This document shows, one piece after another, positions 22,510 to 32,438 of a stretch of DNA of 64,000 bases. The stretch lies in contig CAVVKJ010000010.1 of assembly GCA_963748815.1 (NCBI GenBank), forward strand, positions 384,001 to 448,000. The letters are read 5' to 3'. How positions within the stretch are numbered: position 1 is the first letter of the stretch; every line of letters starts with the position of its first letter. Source of the DNA: an uncultured Gemmatimonadales bacterium. Lineage in GTDB: Bacteria > Gemmatimonadota > Gemmatimonadetes > Gemmatimonadales > GWC2-71-9. Below the pieces are notes generated by a model. The model had not been told where the DNA came from. It did not search any database and saw only the letters and a program-made list of their open reading frames with translations. The translations under genes were made by a program, and so were the position numbers.

Positions 22510-22722
22510 ATGCGTACCACCGGAACGGTGAAGTGGTTCAACGATGCGAAGGGCTTTGGATTCATCACTCCCGAGGGGGGCGCGAAGGATTGTTTCGTGC
22601 ACCACTCCGCCATCAGCGGCAGCGGCTTCAAGTCGCTGGCCGAGGGTGAAAAGGTGGAGTTCGATGTGGTCCAGGGCGCCAAGGGCCCGGCGGCCGAGAA
22701 CGTTACCCGCGCGGCTTCCTAA
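22510..22722 (+). CDS. Cold-shock protein (CspA family)
   Basis: [33 protein letters not shown]. Confidence 0.97.
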   Translation: MRTTGTVKWFNDAKGFGFITPEGGAKDCFVHHSAISGSGFKSLAEGEKVEFDVVQGAKGPAAENVTRAAS

Positions 22723-23665
22723 GCACGGGCACACGACAGCTCTTGGACTGCATGGCGGCATGCCACATGTGCGGCGCGCCGACCGGCACCAGCAGGTTGA
22801 CGCGGTTGAACCGCTGCAGGATGGAGAAGACCGCGGTATGCGCCGGATCGGGGGCGGGCATCCCCTCGCTCCGCCCCGCCGCCTCCGGTTCGAAGGTCGG
22901 GTCGAGCTGGTACTCGAACCCCTCGCCCGGGAAGAGGGTGGCCAGCTGCCGGAGATCGGCCAGCGGGATGGGCGGCGGCACCGTCCGCAGCGAGATGAAC
23001 TCTTTCACGTTTGTCTTGTACACCGGGCGCTGTTTCCAGGGCCCGAGCGACTGGTCGATGTGGGCGTACACGCTGCCCGGCGTGATCTCCCCGGCCAGGT
23101 TCGCCGCCGCGCCGCTCAGCGCATCGACGAACAGCGTGGTGAAGACACCCCGGCCCCCGCTCTCCTTGGCGATCTGCGCCGTCGTGGCGGCCGTGAGAAT
23201 CGACATCCCATCCGACAACTGGGCGGTATCCTGTCCGGACAGGTTTCCCGCGACCCCCGAATGGCAGCTGTCGAGCACGATGATCGTGTTGCTCGACTTC
23301 GACCGATAGGCCAGCGTCATCACCTCCGAGAGCGCCAACCCCTCGTCCCCCTGCAGCGTGTCGCTGGAACAGAGGTAGCCTCCGCCGGTGTCCTCCACGT
23401 TGCCATGGCCGGCGTAATACAGCAGCGCGATCTCGTTGTCGTCGGCGAACAATTCGGTGACGGCCTTCTTCAGGTCGCGGCGGGAGATCGTCTCATCGGC
23501 GGTGCTCGCGGTCTGGAGGCGGACCGCGAAGTTCGGCGACCCGTCCCCGTGGGTCTCGAGGATCGTGGCGACCGCCTTGGCGTCGTTCACGCACCCGCTC
23601 AAACTGGGATAGTTGGGGAACTGGTAGTAGTCGATCCCGATGACAAGTGCCTTCCTGCGTCCCAT
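22703..23665 (-). CDS. Caspase-like peptidase C14 with a C-terminal extension; 3' end possibly truncated
   Basis: [18 protein letters not shown], catalytic YYAGHG and [34 protein letters not shown]. Confidence 0.92.
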   Translation of the reverse strand: MGRRKALVIGIDYYQFPNYPSLSGCVNDAKAVATILETHGDGSPNFAVRLQTASTADETISRRDLKKAVTELFADDNEIALLYYAGHGNVEDTGGGYLCSSDTLQGDEGLALSEVMTLAYRSKSSNTIIVLDSCHSGVAGNLSGQDTAQLSDGMSILTAATTAQIAKESGGRGVFTTLFVDALSGAAANLAGEITPGSVYAHIDQSLGPWKQRPVYKTNVKEFISLRTVPPPIPLADLRQLATLFPGEGFEYQLDPTFEPEAAGRSEGMPAPDPAHTAVFSILQRFNRVNLLVPVGAPHMWHAAMQSKSCRVPVLRKPRG

Positions 23666-23702
23666 CCGCGCGTCCTCCCAAAGTGTGGTGTGCCCCGTTC
23701 GG

Positions 23703-25262
23703 CTAGGTCGCGGTCGGCGCTTCCGGCTGCAGGAGCGTCTTGCGGATCTTCTCGAAGAAGTCCGGCGTCTGGTCGACGATGCTGGTGTCCAGGTGCGAAT
23801 AGATGGTCGGGATGGCGGTGACGGTGGTCGCGACCGGGAGCAGCCCGAGCTTGCCGTCCATCTTGCGCTTGTAGGCGAGGTCGATCTCGTTCCGGCAGTG
23901 GTTCTTCCCGTAGTACTCGGGCGAGAAGACCGGCAGCACGAAGCGCGAGTCGACGATGGCCCACATGTACTTGGTCGTGAAGGGCTCCCCGATGCTGATC
24001 GATTCCCGGTCAAAGTAGATCGAGAGCGGCGTTCCGTCCGCCTTCCGCAGCGCCTTGAGCGGCTCCAGCAGGTTGGCCGCGACCCAGTCGTATTGCTGCC
24101 GGGAGTAGCTGATGAAGACATCGTACTGGCCGCTCCCCTCGGCCATCCCGGTCACCAGGAACTTCAGCGCGAAATGCGCCGCCAGGAACGCCGCGACCGC
24201 GATCGCCACGAGGGTGAGCCCCACCGGCGTGGCGAAGCCGAGCTGCCGGCCCGCGGCGGCGAGGGCTGCGAGCGCCGCCGCCGACAGGGTGCCCGACAGG
24301 ACGGCGGTGAGCCGTGGTGTGGTCTGAAGCCGCTTGACGTACTGGAAGAGCAGCGCGAAAATGGCGGCCGTGAGCGCGCCAAACACCAGGATCTGGGCGA
24401 GGAGGAGGACGGGCCGGTTATTGGGCTGGGGGACGCCCTCGGGAGTGAGCAGGGCGCTGAACGCCGACGCTACGACGAGCGGGCCGGCGACGGCCACCTG
24501 CCCCGGGCGATCCTCGTCGAGGCTCCCCACCAGCACAATGGCGTCGGCAAGGTCGAGGCCGGTCGTGTCGGCTCCCCGCAGGAACCGGCCGCCGGAGGTC
24601 ATGCCCGGCGCGTGCTCGAAACGCCAGGTCTGGGCGTTGATGGCCGATGAATCGGCCAGGGGTAGCACCAGGGACGCCCCGGTGGGGGGCGGCGTCCGGT
24701 TCCGGTCCGTGACGACCTTCACGGCCAGGGCCATCAGCGACATGCGCGAATCGTCGGGCAGTTTCAGTTCCAGCTTCGTGTCGTAGCTCAGCACGCCCAT
24801 GAACGGCGCGTTGATCTGGGTGTGGCCATAGCCGGTGAGATGTTCCTGGTAGAGGCTGGCCGCCTGATCCTCCCACACTTTCTCCCACGGGAGCAACATT
24901 CCACCGCCGCTCGCTTCCTGCGGGTCCACCACCGCATACACCGCCACTTCATTGCGCACGAGCGAGTCGACCGCCGCGGTCAGTTCGGCCAGCCCCCGCG
25001 CGTCGCTGGAGAACACGACGTCGAGCGCGACCGCGTCGGGGTGCCGCTGGCGGGCGGCGAGGTTGTTCAAGAGGTCGGCGAGCCGGAGCCGGAAGTCGGT
25101 CGGGTCGGCGTGGTCGCTGGCCGTGCGGATGCGGGGCACGTCGACCAGCACGATGCCGGGGGAGAACGGAATATTCTTTGGCAGGTAAAACCGGTGGTAG
25201 ACGGCGTAGTCCACCCTGCGCCAGATGCCGGTCAGGGCGGCGAACGCCGAGACCGCAGTCGC
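23703..25262 (-). CDS. CHASE2 periplasmic sensor - 3 TM - TIR domain protein; N-terminal TM region disrupted, true start uncertain (about 25310)
   Basis: [32 protein letters not shown] (CHASE2-like); three hydrophobic helices; [43 protein letters not shown] (TIR). Confidence 0.85.
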   Translation of the reverse strand, partial: ATAVSAFAALTGIWRRVDYAVYHRFYLPKNIPFSPGIVLVDVPRIRTASDHADPTDFRLRLADLLNNLAARQRHPDAVALDVVFSSDARGLAELTAAVDSLVRNEVAVYAVVDPQEASGGGMLLPWEKVWEDQAASLYQEHLTGYGHTQINAPFMGVLSYDTKLELKLPDDSRMSLMALAVKVVTDRNRTPPPTGASLVLPLADSSAINAQTWRFEHAPGMTSGGRFLRGADTTGLDLADAIVLVGSLDEDRPGQVAVAGPLVVASAFSALLTPEGVPQPNNRPVLLLAQILVFGALTAAIFALLFQYVKRLQTTPRLTAVLSGTLSAAALAALAAAGRQLGFATPVGLTLVAIAVAAFLAAHFALKFLVTGMAEGSGQYDVFISYSRQQYDWVAANLLEPLKALRKADGTPLSIYFDRESISIGEPFTTKYMWAIVDSRFVLPVFSPEYYGKNHCRNEIDLAYKRKMDGKLGLLPVATTVTAIPTIYSHLDTSIVDQTPDFFEKIRKTLLQPEAPTAT

Positions 25263-25325
25263 AGGATGAATGCAGCCGGTCCGACGTCAGTCGGGCCGGC
25301 TGTTTTCGTTGGGGCGTGTCGCCCT

Positions 25326-25925
25326 TCAGAACACCGTCAATCCGACCCCGAACCCGACGTCCCACTGCGTCATGTTGCCGCCCGCCGGGAAGAATCCATA
25401 CGCCGTCGCGTCGTCCTGGTGCGCGTACTGCACGAACGCGAACGGCGCGATGCCGAGGTTGCCCATCGAGAGGTCGATCCCCACGCCGAACTGCGCGCCG
25501 AAGCCGTGGGCCTCGCTGCTGCGGACGCCATCGGCATCCTTCGAGCCGAGGTACTTCGAGCTGCCCGCCCCTCCCTTCACGAACGCACCGGAGGTGGGCC
25601 AGGGGTACCAGGCGACGGTCAGGAGGATCAGGGAGATGTCACCCTGGTTGCCCTGTCGGCTGATGGAGCCGAGTTCGAAGCCGACGGCCACGGCCGGCCA
25701 GGCATACCCGCCGACGAGATTAAAATTGGAGGCGATGCCGGCACCGGTGAACCGGCAGGAATCACAGGACTGGTCGAGGTTGCTCATCCCGAACGTCGCG
25801 CGGCCCCACAAACCGCGGGGGCGGAGCTGATCCTGGGCCATGGCAGTCGAGACGGAACCGAGGATGAGGCCGGCCAAGAGGCCGGTGAACACCGCGGCCC
25901 GGGCGATGCGGGCTGGTGGCCTCAC
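25326..25925 (-). CDS. Small outer-membrane beta-barrel protein
   Basis: Signal peptide, alternating beta strands, WYP, C-terminal VGFGVGLTVF; CDSC motif. Confidence 0.75.
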   Translation of the reverse strand: MRPPARIARAAVFTGLLAGLILGSVSTAMAQDQLRPRGLWGRATFGMSNLDQSCDSCRFTGAGIASNFNLVGGYAWPAVAVGFELGSISRQGNQGDISLILLTVAWYPWPTSGAFVKGGAGSSKYLGSKDADGVRSSEAHGFGAQFGVGIDLSMGNLGIAPFAFVQYAHQDDATAYGFFPAGGNMTQWDVGFGVGLTVF

Positions 25926-26278
25926 CGGCGCGCCCGTGCGCGGAACACGACGATCCGCTTGATCAGGTCGAGGGGAATCGGCTCGTCGTGGGGAAATTGG
26001 ACGGTCCCCTTCCCTCCGCCGTACCTCGCCAGCTCACGCTTGAAGCCCGGTTCCCCGCGGGGCGCGGGGTAGAGGCCGATGTGGTTGGCGTGCGCGGCAA
26101 AATAGACCACGATGCGTCCCTGCTTGTAGGCGGGAATGCCGTAACTGAGCAGTTCGATCGCCTCGGGTGCGGCGGCGCGGACCGCCTTGCGGACCGCTCG
26201 GAGCCGCGCACGGACGGCCGGGGGAAAGCCGGCGATGTAGGCATCCACCCCTTTCCGGTCCTCACGGGGCGTCCTCAC
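25922..26278 (-). CDS. DUF1801 / YdhG-like protein
   Basis: VDAYIAGFP, LSYGIPAY, HIGLYP, KGTVQFP..EPIPLDLI. Confidence 0.85.
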   Translation of the reverse strand: MRTPREDRKGVDAYIAGFPPAVRARLRAVRKAVRAAAPEAIELLSYGIPAYKQGRIVVYFAAHANHIGLYPAPRGEPGFKRELARYGGGKGTVQFPHDEPIPLDLIKRIVVFRARARR

Positions 26279-26808
26279 GGTGCCGGGGCTCCACAGAGCC
26301 GCGCGGCGCGCTGGACGACCGAAGCGATGAGACGGGCGGCGTCGATGTCGGCGGCGGGAATGGTGGCCAGGTACGACCGCAGTTCCCCGCGGCTCGTGGT
26401 GGTGGTGAACGGAAAGCTGTCCGGTGCCCGGGCGGGAATCGTGACGAAGTACTGGCCGGGAATGTAGATGAAGTCGTGGTAGCCGTCGGGGCGAGAGACC
26501 CCTCGCACCCCTCCGGTCTCCACATCCTTCAACGGCACCTGCATCGTGGTCCGCGTGCCGGAGACACCGGCATTGTCGGTCACCACGATGGTCAGGCGGC
26601 AGTCATGCATGGCGAGCGTGGCCTTGGCGGTCAGGTCGATCCGCCGAACGTTGGTGGTGGCCGTCTCGTCACTCGAACTGACCGCGAGGTCGGTGCCGTC
26701 CCGCTCCAGCCAGCGGGCGGTCTCCTCCAGGGTCATGTCGGACTGGGCGGCGAGGGGGCCGACCATCAACGCCACCAGGCACCCGCCGGCCACGGCACAC
26801 CGCATCAC
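26275..26808 (-). CDS. Secreted hypothetical protein
   Basis: Signal peptide; overlaps both neighbours by 4 nt. Confidence 0.55.
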   Translation of the reverse strand: MMRCAVAGGCLVALMVGPLAAQSDMTLEETARWLERDGTDLAVSSSDETATTNVRRIDLTAKATLAMHDCRLTIVVTDNAGVSGTRTTMQVPLKDVETGGVRGVSRPDGYHDFIYIPGQYFVTIPARAPDSFPFTTTTSRGELRSYLATIPAADIDAARLIASVVQRAARLCGAPAP

Positions 26809-27776
26809 CGGATGACCGTCTCCTCGACGGCGTCGAGCAGCCATCCCATCTGCCGGGCGCTGTTCGTGGTCATGGTGAACGACCGCTCGCCCCGCCGCTC
26901 CAGGTTGAACTCCTTGAGGTTCGCGATGGAGTCCACGATGCTGTCGGCAAAGCTCCGCCGCAGCATGAACTCGACCTTGTAGGGCCGCTTCATCGTGAAG
27001 GGCGCAAATTCGCCGTTCTTCTCCCGGCGCACCGCCTCGGCAGCCCCCGCTTCCAGCATCGCCTGTACGTGGGCCGGGCTGTAGGTGATCGCCGCGTTCC
27101 GCCCCATCGCCACCTTGGTGACGACGGCGACGAAGCCATCGGGAAGCATCTTCTGCGTCTCCGCGATCAGGACGTCGTCCCCGCTGACCAGCGACACCGA
27201 CACCCCGACTTCGCCGGCAATCAGCGCGTTGATGCCGACCTCGTTCAGCACCTTCCCGTTCACCGTGAAGGAGTCGAACGCGAAGTTGTGCGGCATCACC
27301 CCCCGGCTGCCGGCGTTGGCGTGGGCGCCGGTGAACATCATCGTGCCGAAGGTGCTGTCGATGCCGGTGACCATCACCAGCGGCTTCGGGAAGCCCCGGA
27401 TGAGAAGTGCCTGCTGGTCGAGCTCCCAGGGGAGAACGTTGGCGAAGCGGTTCCCGCCGTGCCCCTCGTTGACCACGAAGCTCTGCGCCCCCGCCGACCG
27501 CGCGCCGCGAATGGTGGCGTTCACTTCGGCCGTGACCAGTTTCCGGAAGCCATCCCAGTAGTCGGGGCCGGTGAGGTTCTTGTAGTTGGGTCCCTCGTTC
27601 CCGGCGATGACCTCGTAAATGCTCACCGTGCTCCCCATCCCCTCCATGTCGGGCACGAGGAAGACCCGGAAGCCGGGTTCGAAGGGAATCGTCTTGTCAC
27701 GATACGGGGCGGAACCGGACTGGGCCTGCACGACGGAGGCGAGGCAGAGAAGCGCGGGCACGAGGAGGCGTCGCAT
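26805..27776 (-). CDS. M55 family D-aminopeptidase (DppA-like), secreted
   Basis: DMEGMG, EVNATIRGA, NEGHG, GAHA, VSGDD, VVTKVA. Confidence 0.88.
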   Translation of the reverse strand: MRRLLVPALLCLASVVQAQSGSAPYRDKTIPFEPGFRVFLVPDMEGMGSTVSIYEVIAGNEGPNYKNLTGPDYWDGFRKLVTAEVNATIRGARSAGAQSFVVNEGHGGNRFANVLPWELDQQALLIRGFPKPLVMVTGIDSTFGTMMFTGAHANAGSRGVMPHNFAFDSFTVNGKVLNEVGINALIAGEVGVSVSLVSGDDVLIAETQKMLPDGFVAVVTKVAMGRNAAITYSPAHVQAMLEAGAAEAVRREKNGEFAPFTMKRPYKVEFMLRRSFADSIVDSIANLKEFNLERRGERSFTMTTNSARQMGWLLDAVEETVIR

Positions 27777-27801
27777 CAAAACTCCGGGAAGGTGGTGAAT
27801 G

Positions 27802-29229
27802 TCAGCGGTCACCGAGCACCAGCAGCCTGAGCTCGGTCATTTCGTCCATCGCGTAGCGAACCCCTTCCCTCCCCAGTCCCGATGCCTTGACCCCGCCATA
27901 GGGGGCGTGGTCCACCCGGAAGCCTGGGACGTCGTTGACCACCACGCCGCCGACCTCGAGCCGCTCAAAGGCCCGAAGGATGCGCCGCATGTCGTGCGTG
28001 AAGAGCCCCGTCTGGATGCCGTAGGGGGAGTCGTTCACCTCGGCGATGGCGGCGTCGAAGTCGGCGTACGGCCGGACGGTGGTGACGGGGGCGAAGACTT
28101 CCTCACAGTTGACCCGCATGGCACCGGTGGTGTCGAGCAGCACCGTCGGCTGGAGCACCGCGCCGTCACGCTGGCCGCCCACGGCCACTCGCGCCCCCGC
28201 CGCGGCGGCCTCCGCGATCCACTGCACCGCCCGCTCGGCGTTGGCCTCGTCGATCATGGGGCCGACATCGGTGGCTTCGACCATCGGATCGCCGGTGCGG
28301 AGGGCGCCGACCGCGGCCACGAGGCGTTTGGTAAAGTCGGCGTACAACGACTCGTGCACCAGGATCCGCTGGGTCGAGATGCAGGACTGGCCGGCGTAGA
28401 GGTATCCGCCGCTGACGCAGCGGCTCACGGCGTGGTCGAGGTCGGCGTCGGGCTCGATGACGACGGCAGCGTTGCCGCCCAGCTCGAGCGCCACGCGCTT
28501 GGTGGAGGCGCGCTGCCGGATGGCCCAGCCGACGCGCGCGGAGCCGGTGAAGGTCACCATGCGGATGCGCGGGTCGTCGATGAGCGGGGCGGCCACCTCG
28601 TTGGTGCACGGGAGAATGGAGAGGGCGCCGGCTGGGTAGCCGCAGTCCGCCAGGAGCTCGCCGAGGAGCAACGTGGAGAGCGGATCCTGCGGGGGAGGCT
28701 TGAGGATCATGGTGGCGCCGCAAGCGATGGCGGGCGCCAGCTTGTGCGCGGCGAGGAGCACCGGAAAGTTGAACGGGGTGATGGCGGCGATGGGGGCGAG
28801 CGGGAAGCGGCGGGTGATGCCCCAACGCCGTTCGCCGTGGGGCTGGAGATCCATGGGGATCACCTCCCCGCCCATCCGTGTGGCTTCTTCCGCGCCCTGC
28901 TGGAAGACGAAGATCGCCCGGTTGAGCTCTGCCCGGGCCAGGCCGAGGGGCTTCCCTGCCTCGGCGGCAAGCAGTCGGGAGAACTCCTCGTGCCGCTCCG
29001 TGAGCCCGGTCACGATGCGGTGGAGGACGGTGGCCCGGGCGTGGGAGGGGAGCGCGGCGGCTTCCGGGGCGGTCGTGACGGCGGCGGCAATGGCGGACTC
29101 GACATCCGCCGGGCTGGCCTGTGCCGCGCCGCCGATCCGGTTCCCGGAGAATGGACTGCGAATCTCGGTCACATCCACGCCTGCCTGTACCGTTCCGGCG
29201 AGCAGGAGACCGTAGCGCTGATGGGTCAT
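27802..29229 (-). CDS. Aldehyde dehydrogenase family protein
   Basis: ITPFNFP, FTGS, LELGGNA, AGQSCIS, EEVFAP, PYGGVKASGLGREG. Confidence 0.95.
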   Translation of the reverse strand: MTHQRYGLLLAGTVQAGVDVTEIRSPFSGNRIGGAAQASPADVESAIAAAVTTAPEAAALPSHARATVLHRIVTGLTERHEEFSRLLAAEAGKPLGLARAELNRAIFVFQQGAEEATRMGGEVIPMDLQPHGERRWGITRRFPLAPIAAITPFNFPVLLAAHKLAPAIACGATMILKPPPQDPLSTLLLGELLADCGYPAGALSILPCTNEVAAPLIDDPRIRMVTFTGSARVGWAIRQRASTKRVALELGGNAAVVIEPDADLDHAVSRCVSGGYLYAGQSCISTQRILVHESLYADFTKRLVAAVGALRTGDPMVEATDVGPMIDEANAERAVQWIAEAAAAGARVAVGGQRDGAVLQPTVLLDTTGAMRVNCEEVFAPVTTVRPYADFDAAIAEVNDSPYGIQTGLFTHDMRRILRAFERLEVGGVVVNDVPGFRVDHAPYGGVKASGLGREGVRYAMDEMTELRLLVLGDR

Positions 29230-29294
29230 GCCGTAGTCTACCGTGGCCCGGGGCGGGCGCAAGCTTGCCCGGGAGGCAACCCGCTGGCGAGACG

Positions 29295-29786
29295 CTACTG
29301 GTCGGCGGCGATCCGCCTCAGCTCGTAGTACGGTCGCGGCTCGCCGGCCGTGCGGGCCGGAAATACCGCCCGCCAGGTGTCGTCCGACAGGCGGACGTAC
29401 AGCGTCCCGCGTGCCGAGCCGAATTGAATGGAGTCCTCCGAGAAGCGGCTCACCATCCGGGGATTCCCGCGCGCGCCAACGGCGCGCAGCGTCCCCCCTC
29501 GCCATTCGAAGCTGGTCGAGTCAATGAACCGGACGAAGGTGGAGTCGGCCGCGGTGCGCATTTGGATGGTCGAATCGTTCGTGGACCGGTACTCCTCATA
29601 AAAGGTGCCGACGGCGGCAAGCCGGCCCACACCGACCCCGCGCCAGCGTCCCACGATCCAGTGGAACTGCGCAAATTGCTTTCTTGACACCGCGGCCGGC
29701 GTCGGTGCGTCGGTGGCAGGGGACTGGGCGGGGAGCACGCTTACCACGCCGCACGCCAGGAGGGGGATGAAGCGGATTGCTCGCAT
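29295..29786 (-). CDS. Secreted hypothetical protein
   Basis: Signal peptide; FHWIVGRWRG; beta-rich. Confidence 0.55.
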   Translation of the reverse strand: MRAIRFIPLLACGVVSVLPAQSPATDAPTPAAVSRKQFAQFHWIVGRWRGVGVGRLAAVGTFYEEYRSTNDSTIQMRTAADSTFVRFIDSTSFEWRGGTLRAVGARGNPRMVSRFSEDSIQFGSARGTLYVRLSDDTWRAVFPARTAGEPRPYYELRRIAADQ

Positions 29787-29989
29787 ATAGGTCCGTCACA
29801 GAGGAGGGTGCCACGGCGGCCCCGATTGGGCCGCGGTGCACTACGAACGACAGGCGCGTGGAGTTGAGGGCGGAATGTGTGCAAACGGTAAGATCGTCGA
29901 ATCCCCGCCGCGCACCTTGTGCGACCTGTGTGATCCCAGCATCATCACTCGTCCTCTTCCCCGCCAGGTTCACCCAGGGAGCCAGCCCG

Positions 29990-30679
29990 GTGGAACGAAT
30001 CCTCATCATCGAAGACAACGAGAGCATCGCGGCGACCGTGCAGGAGCACCTCGGTGCCGAAGGCTATCACGCCGAGGTGGCGTCGAGTGCTTCTGAAGGA
30101 CTGGCACGTGCCCGGGCCGCTCCCCCCGCGGTCATCATCCTGGACCTGATGCTGCCCGACGAGCCGGGGGAAACGGTGCTTCGAACGTTGCGGGCGGAGG
30201 GGTGTCCCTCCGCCGTGCTCATCCTCTCGGCGAAGAGTGACGAGATGTCGAAGGTCTTCGGATTCCGGGTCGGGGCGGACGATTACCTCACCAAGCCGTT
30301 CGGGCTGCTGGAGCTCCTGGCGCGGGTGGACAACCTGGTGCGCCGTTCCCGGGCGGGCGGACTGCAGCAGGATGTCGTCCGGTTCGGCACCGCCGAGGTG
30401 TTCCCCTCGGCCCGTCGGGTTACCCTGGGGGGCGTCGAGCTCGACCTCCGGCCGAAGGAATACGATTTGCTGCTGGCGTTGCTGAGCCGCCCGGGACGGG
30501 TCTGGTCCCGCCGGGAACTGCTCGACACGGTATGGGGCTACGACCCTACCATCGAGTCTCGCACGGTGGACTGGCACATGGCGGAGCTCCGCCGCAAGGT
30601 CGAACCGGATCCGGGCCAGCCGCGTTTCCTCCAGACGGTCCGCAAGGTGGGCTATCGGTTCGAGTATGGTACCGGGTAA
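29990..30679 (+). CDS. OmpR-family response regulator
   Basis: ILIIEDN, LDLMLP, GADDYLTKPF, SRTVDWHMAELRRK, TVRKVGYRF. Confidence 0.95.
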   Translation: MERILIIEDNESIAATVQEHLGAEGYHAEVASSASEGLARARAAPPAVIILDLMLPDEPGETVLRTLRAEGCPSAVLILSAKSDEMSKVFGFRVGADDYLTKPFGLLELLARVDNLVRRSRAGGLQQDVVRFGTAEVFPSARRVTLGGVELDLRPKEYDLLLALLSRPGRVWSRRELLDTVWGYDPTIESRTVDWHMAELRRKVEPDPGQPRFLQTVRKVGYRFEYGTG

Positions 30680-32288
30680 CACCGTTTCGGGGCCTCTGCG
30701 CTCACTCCGCAACCGATTCCGGCTGCTGGAGGTCGGCCTCTTCCTACCCGTCCTCGTCACCGGTATTCTCGGCGTGGCGTACTTCAAGGCGCTCGGGTCG
30801 CGGCAGCGGGCAGTCGAGGCCGCCGGCCAACAGATCGCCCAGCGGGTTGGAGACCGGGCGCGGGCACTGGCCTCCGCGCGCGGGGATCAGGCGGCGCAGT
30901 CGATCCTCGAGCCGGTGAGCCGGGTGCGTCCCTTCGACGCCGACCGGGCCTTTGCGGCGATGCAGGCGGCGACCGATTCCCTCCGGGCCTGCGGCTGTGG
31001 ACCGCTGAAAGAGGGCGCCTATTTCTTTGTCTGGGTGCCAACGACCGGCGAGTATCTGGCCTCGCATGAGGGCGCCCGGGTGGACGGGGCCAGGAAGCGG
31101 GTTCCCGCCGTGTTGCCGCCGGGCAGCGACGAGAAGTTCGGCATCTGGGCGATGGGCGGCGGGATTGCCGGGCAACCCTGGCTGATCCACTACGCAGTGG
31201 TCCGTGGTGTGGGCGGAACGCCAACCGTGGTCGGGTTCGACATCGGGATGGCCTCGCTCTGGTCGGGTACCATCGTCCCGGCGGTCGAGCGCGCCCGGCA
31301 TGACATCTTCCCGATGCTGGGTGATCCCGACACGGCATTCGCCGCGGCATTCGTCGTCAACGACCGGGAGCTCGAGCGAACCGGCCCCGCCTATCCCGGC
31401 CCCAGCGCGCGGACCAGCCTCCTCGGGAACGACTATTTCTCGCTCGACGTCACCCTCAATCCCGCCATCCTGCCGGTGCTGCTGTCCGCCGCCACGCCGC
31501 CAAGCTATCCGCTGCTGCTCGGCGCGCTGGGCGCCTCGTTCCTCGCTTCCATCATGGCGCTCCTGCTCCTGCGCCAGCTTCGACGCACCGTTGCGCGGCG
31601 CGAGGCGTTCGTGGCGAGCATCTCGCATGAGCTCCGCACTCCGCTGACAGCCGTGCTCCTCCACGCGGAGACCCTGACGCTCGACCGCCAGACACCGGAG
31701 GCGAAGGGACGGGCGGCGGGAGCCATCGTCCGTGAAACCCGCCGACTGATTGGCCTGGTGGAGAATTCCCTGACCATCGCGGGCGCCGGCCGCGCGGCCG
31801 ACCCGGCGCATCCGCCAGCCGCCATTTTCCTGGCGCCGGTACTGCGCGAGGCGCTCGCGTCGCTCGAGCCGGCGGTGGCGGAACGTCGCGCCACCCTGGT
31901 CGTCGCGCTCGACGAGACGGCGGTCGCCCTGATCGATCCGGTGTCACTCGACCGCATTGCGATCAATCTGGTGGAGAATGCACTGCGATACGGCCCGGCG
32001 GGCCAGACGCTCCACGTGGGGCTCGCGCGTGGAAGCGGGATTGCGGCGCTGACGGTCGAGGACGAGGGCCCGGGTGTCTCGCGGGCCGAACGCACAAGTA
32101 TCTGGAGCGCTTTCGAGCGCGGCACGGCAGCGCGGGGCGCCGCCAGCACCGGGCTGGGGTTGGGACTCGCCATCGTCAAGCACCTGACCGAGGCGGCGGG
32201 CGGCACTGTTATGACCGATCAGGCGCCGGGCGGCGGCGCCCGGTTCACTGTTTCACTTCCCTCGCCCCCCGGTGCCCCTCCGATGTAG
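30666..32288 (+). CDS. Sensor histidine kinase with two TM helices
   Basis: SHELRTPL, NLVENALRY, VEDEGPG, GLGLGLAIV. Confidence 0.93.
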   Translation: MVPGNTVSGPLRSLRNRFRLLEVGLFLPVLVTGILGVAYFKALGSRQRAVEAAGQQIAQRVGDRARALASARGDQAAQSILEPVSRVRPFDADRAFAAMQAATDSLRACGCGPLKEGAYFFVWVPTTGEYLASHEGARVDGARKRVPAVLPPGSDEKFGIWAMGGGIAGQPWLIHYAVVRGVGGTPTVVGFDIGMASLWSGTIVPAVERARHDIFPMLGDPDTAFAAAFVVNDRELERTGPAYPGPSARTSLLGNDYFSLDVTLNPAILPVLLSAATPPSYPLLLGALGASFLASIMALLLLRQLRRTVARREAFVASISHELRTPLTAVLLHAETLTLDRQTPEAKGRAAGAIVRETRRLIGLVENSLTIAGAGRAADPAHPPAAIFLAPVLREALASLEPAVAERRATLVVALDETAVALIDPVSLDRIAINLVENALRYGPAGQTLHVGLARGSGIAALTVEDEGPGVSRAERTSIWSAFERGTAARGAASTGLGLGLAIVKHLTEAAGGTVMTDQAPGGGARFTVSLPSPPGAPPM

Positions 32289-32438
32289 CCGCCCCTCTGC
32301 CTCCCTGCTCTGCAGCGTCGCCTTCCGCTCACACCAGCCTCACACATTCGCACCGCCCTTCCGTACGTCTCCTTCCGTAATGCTCGATAGCTCGTCACGC
32401 CGGCTGCTCCGGCGTCTGCACCCATCCTGTGAGGCCGC

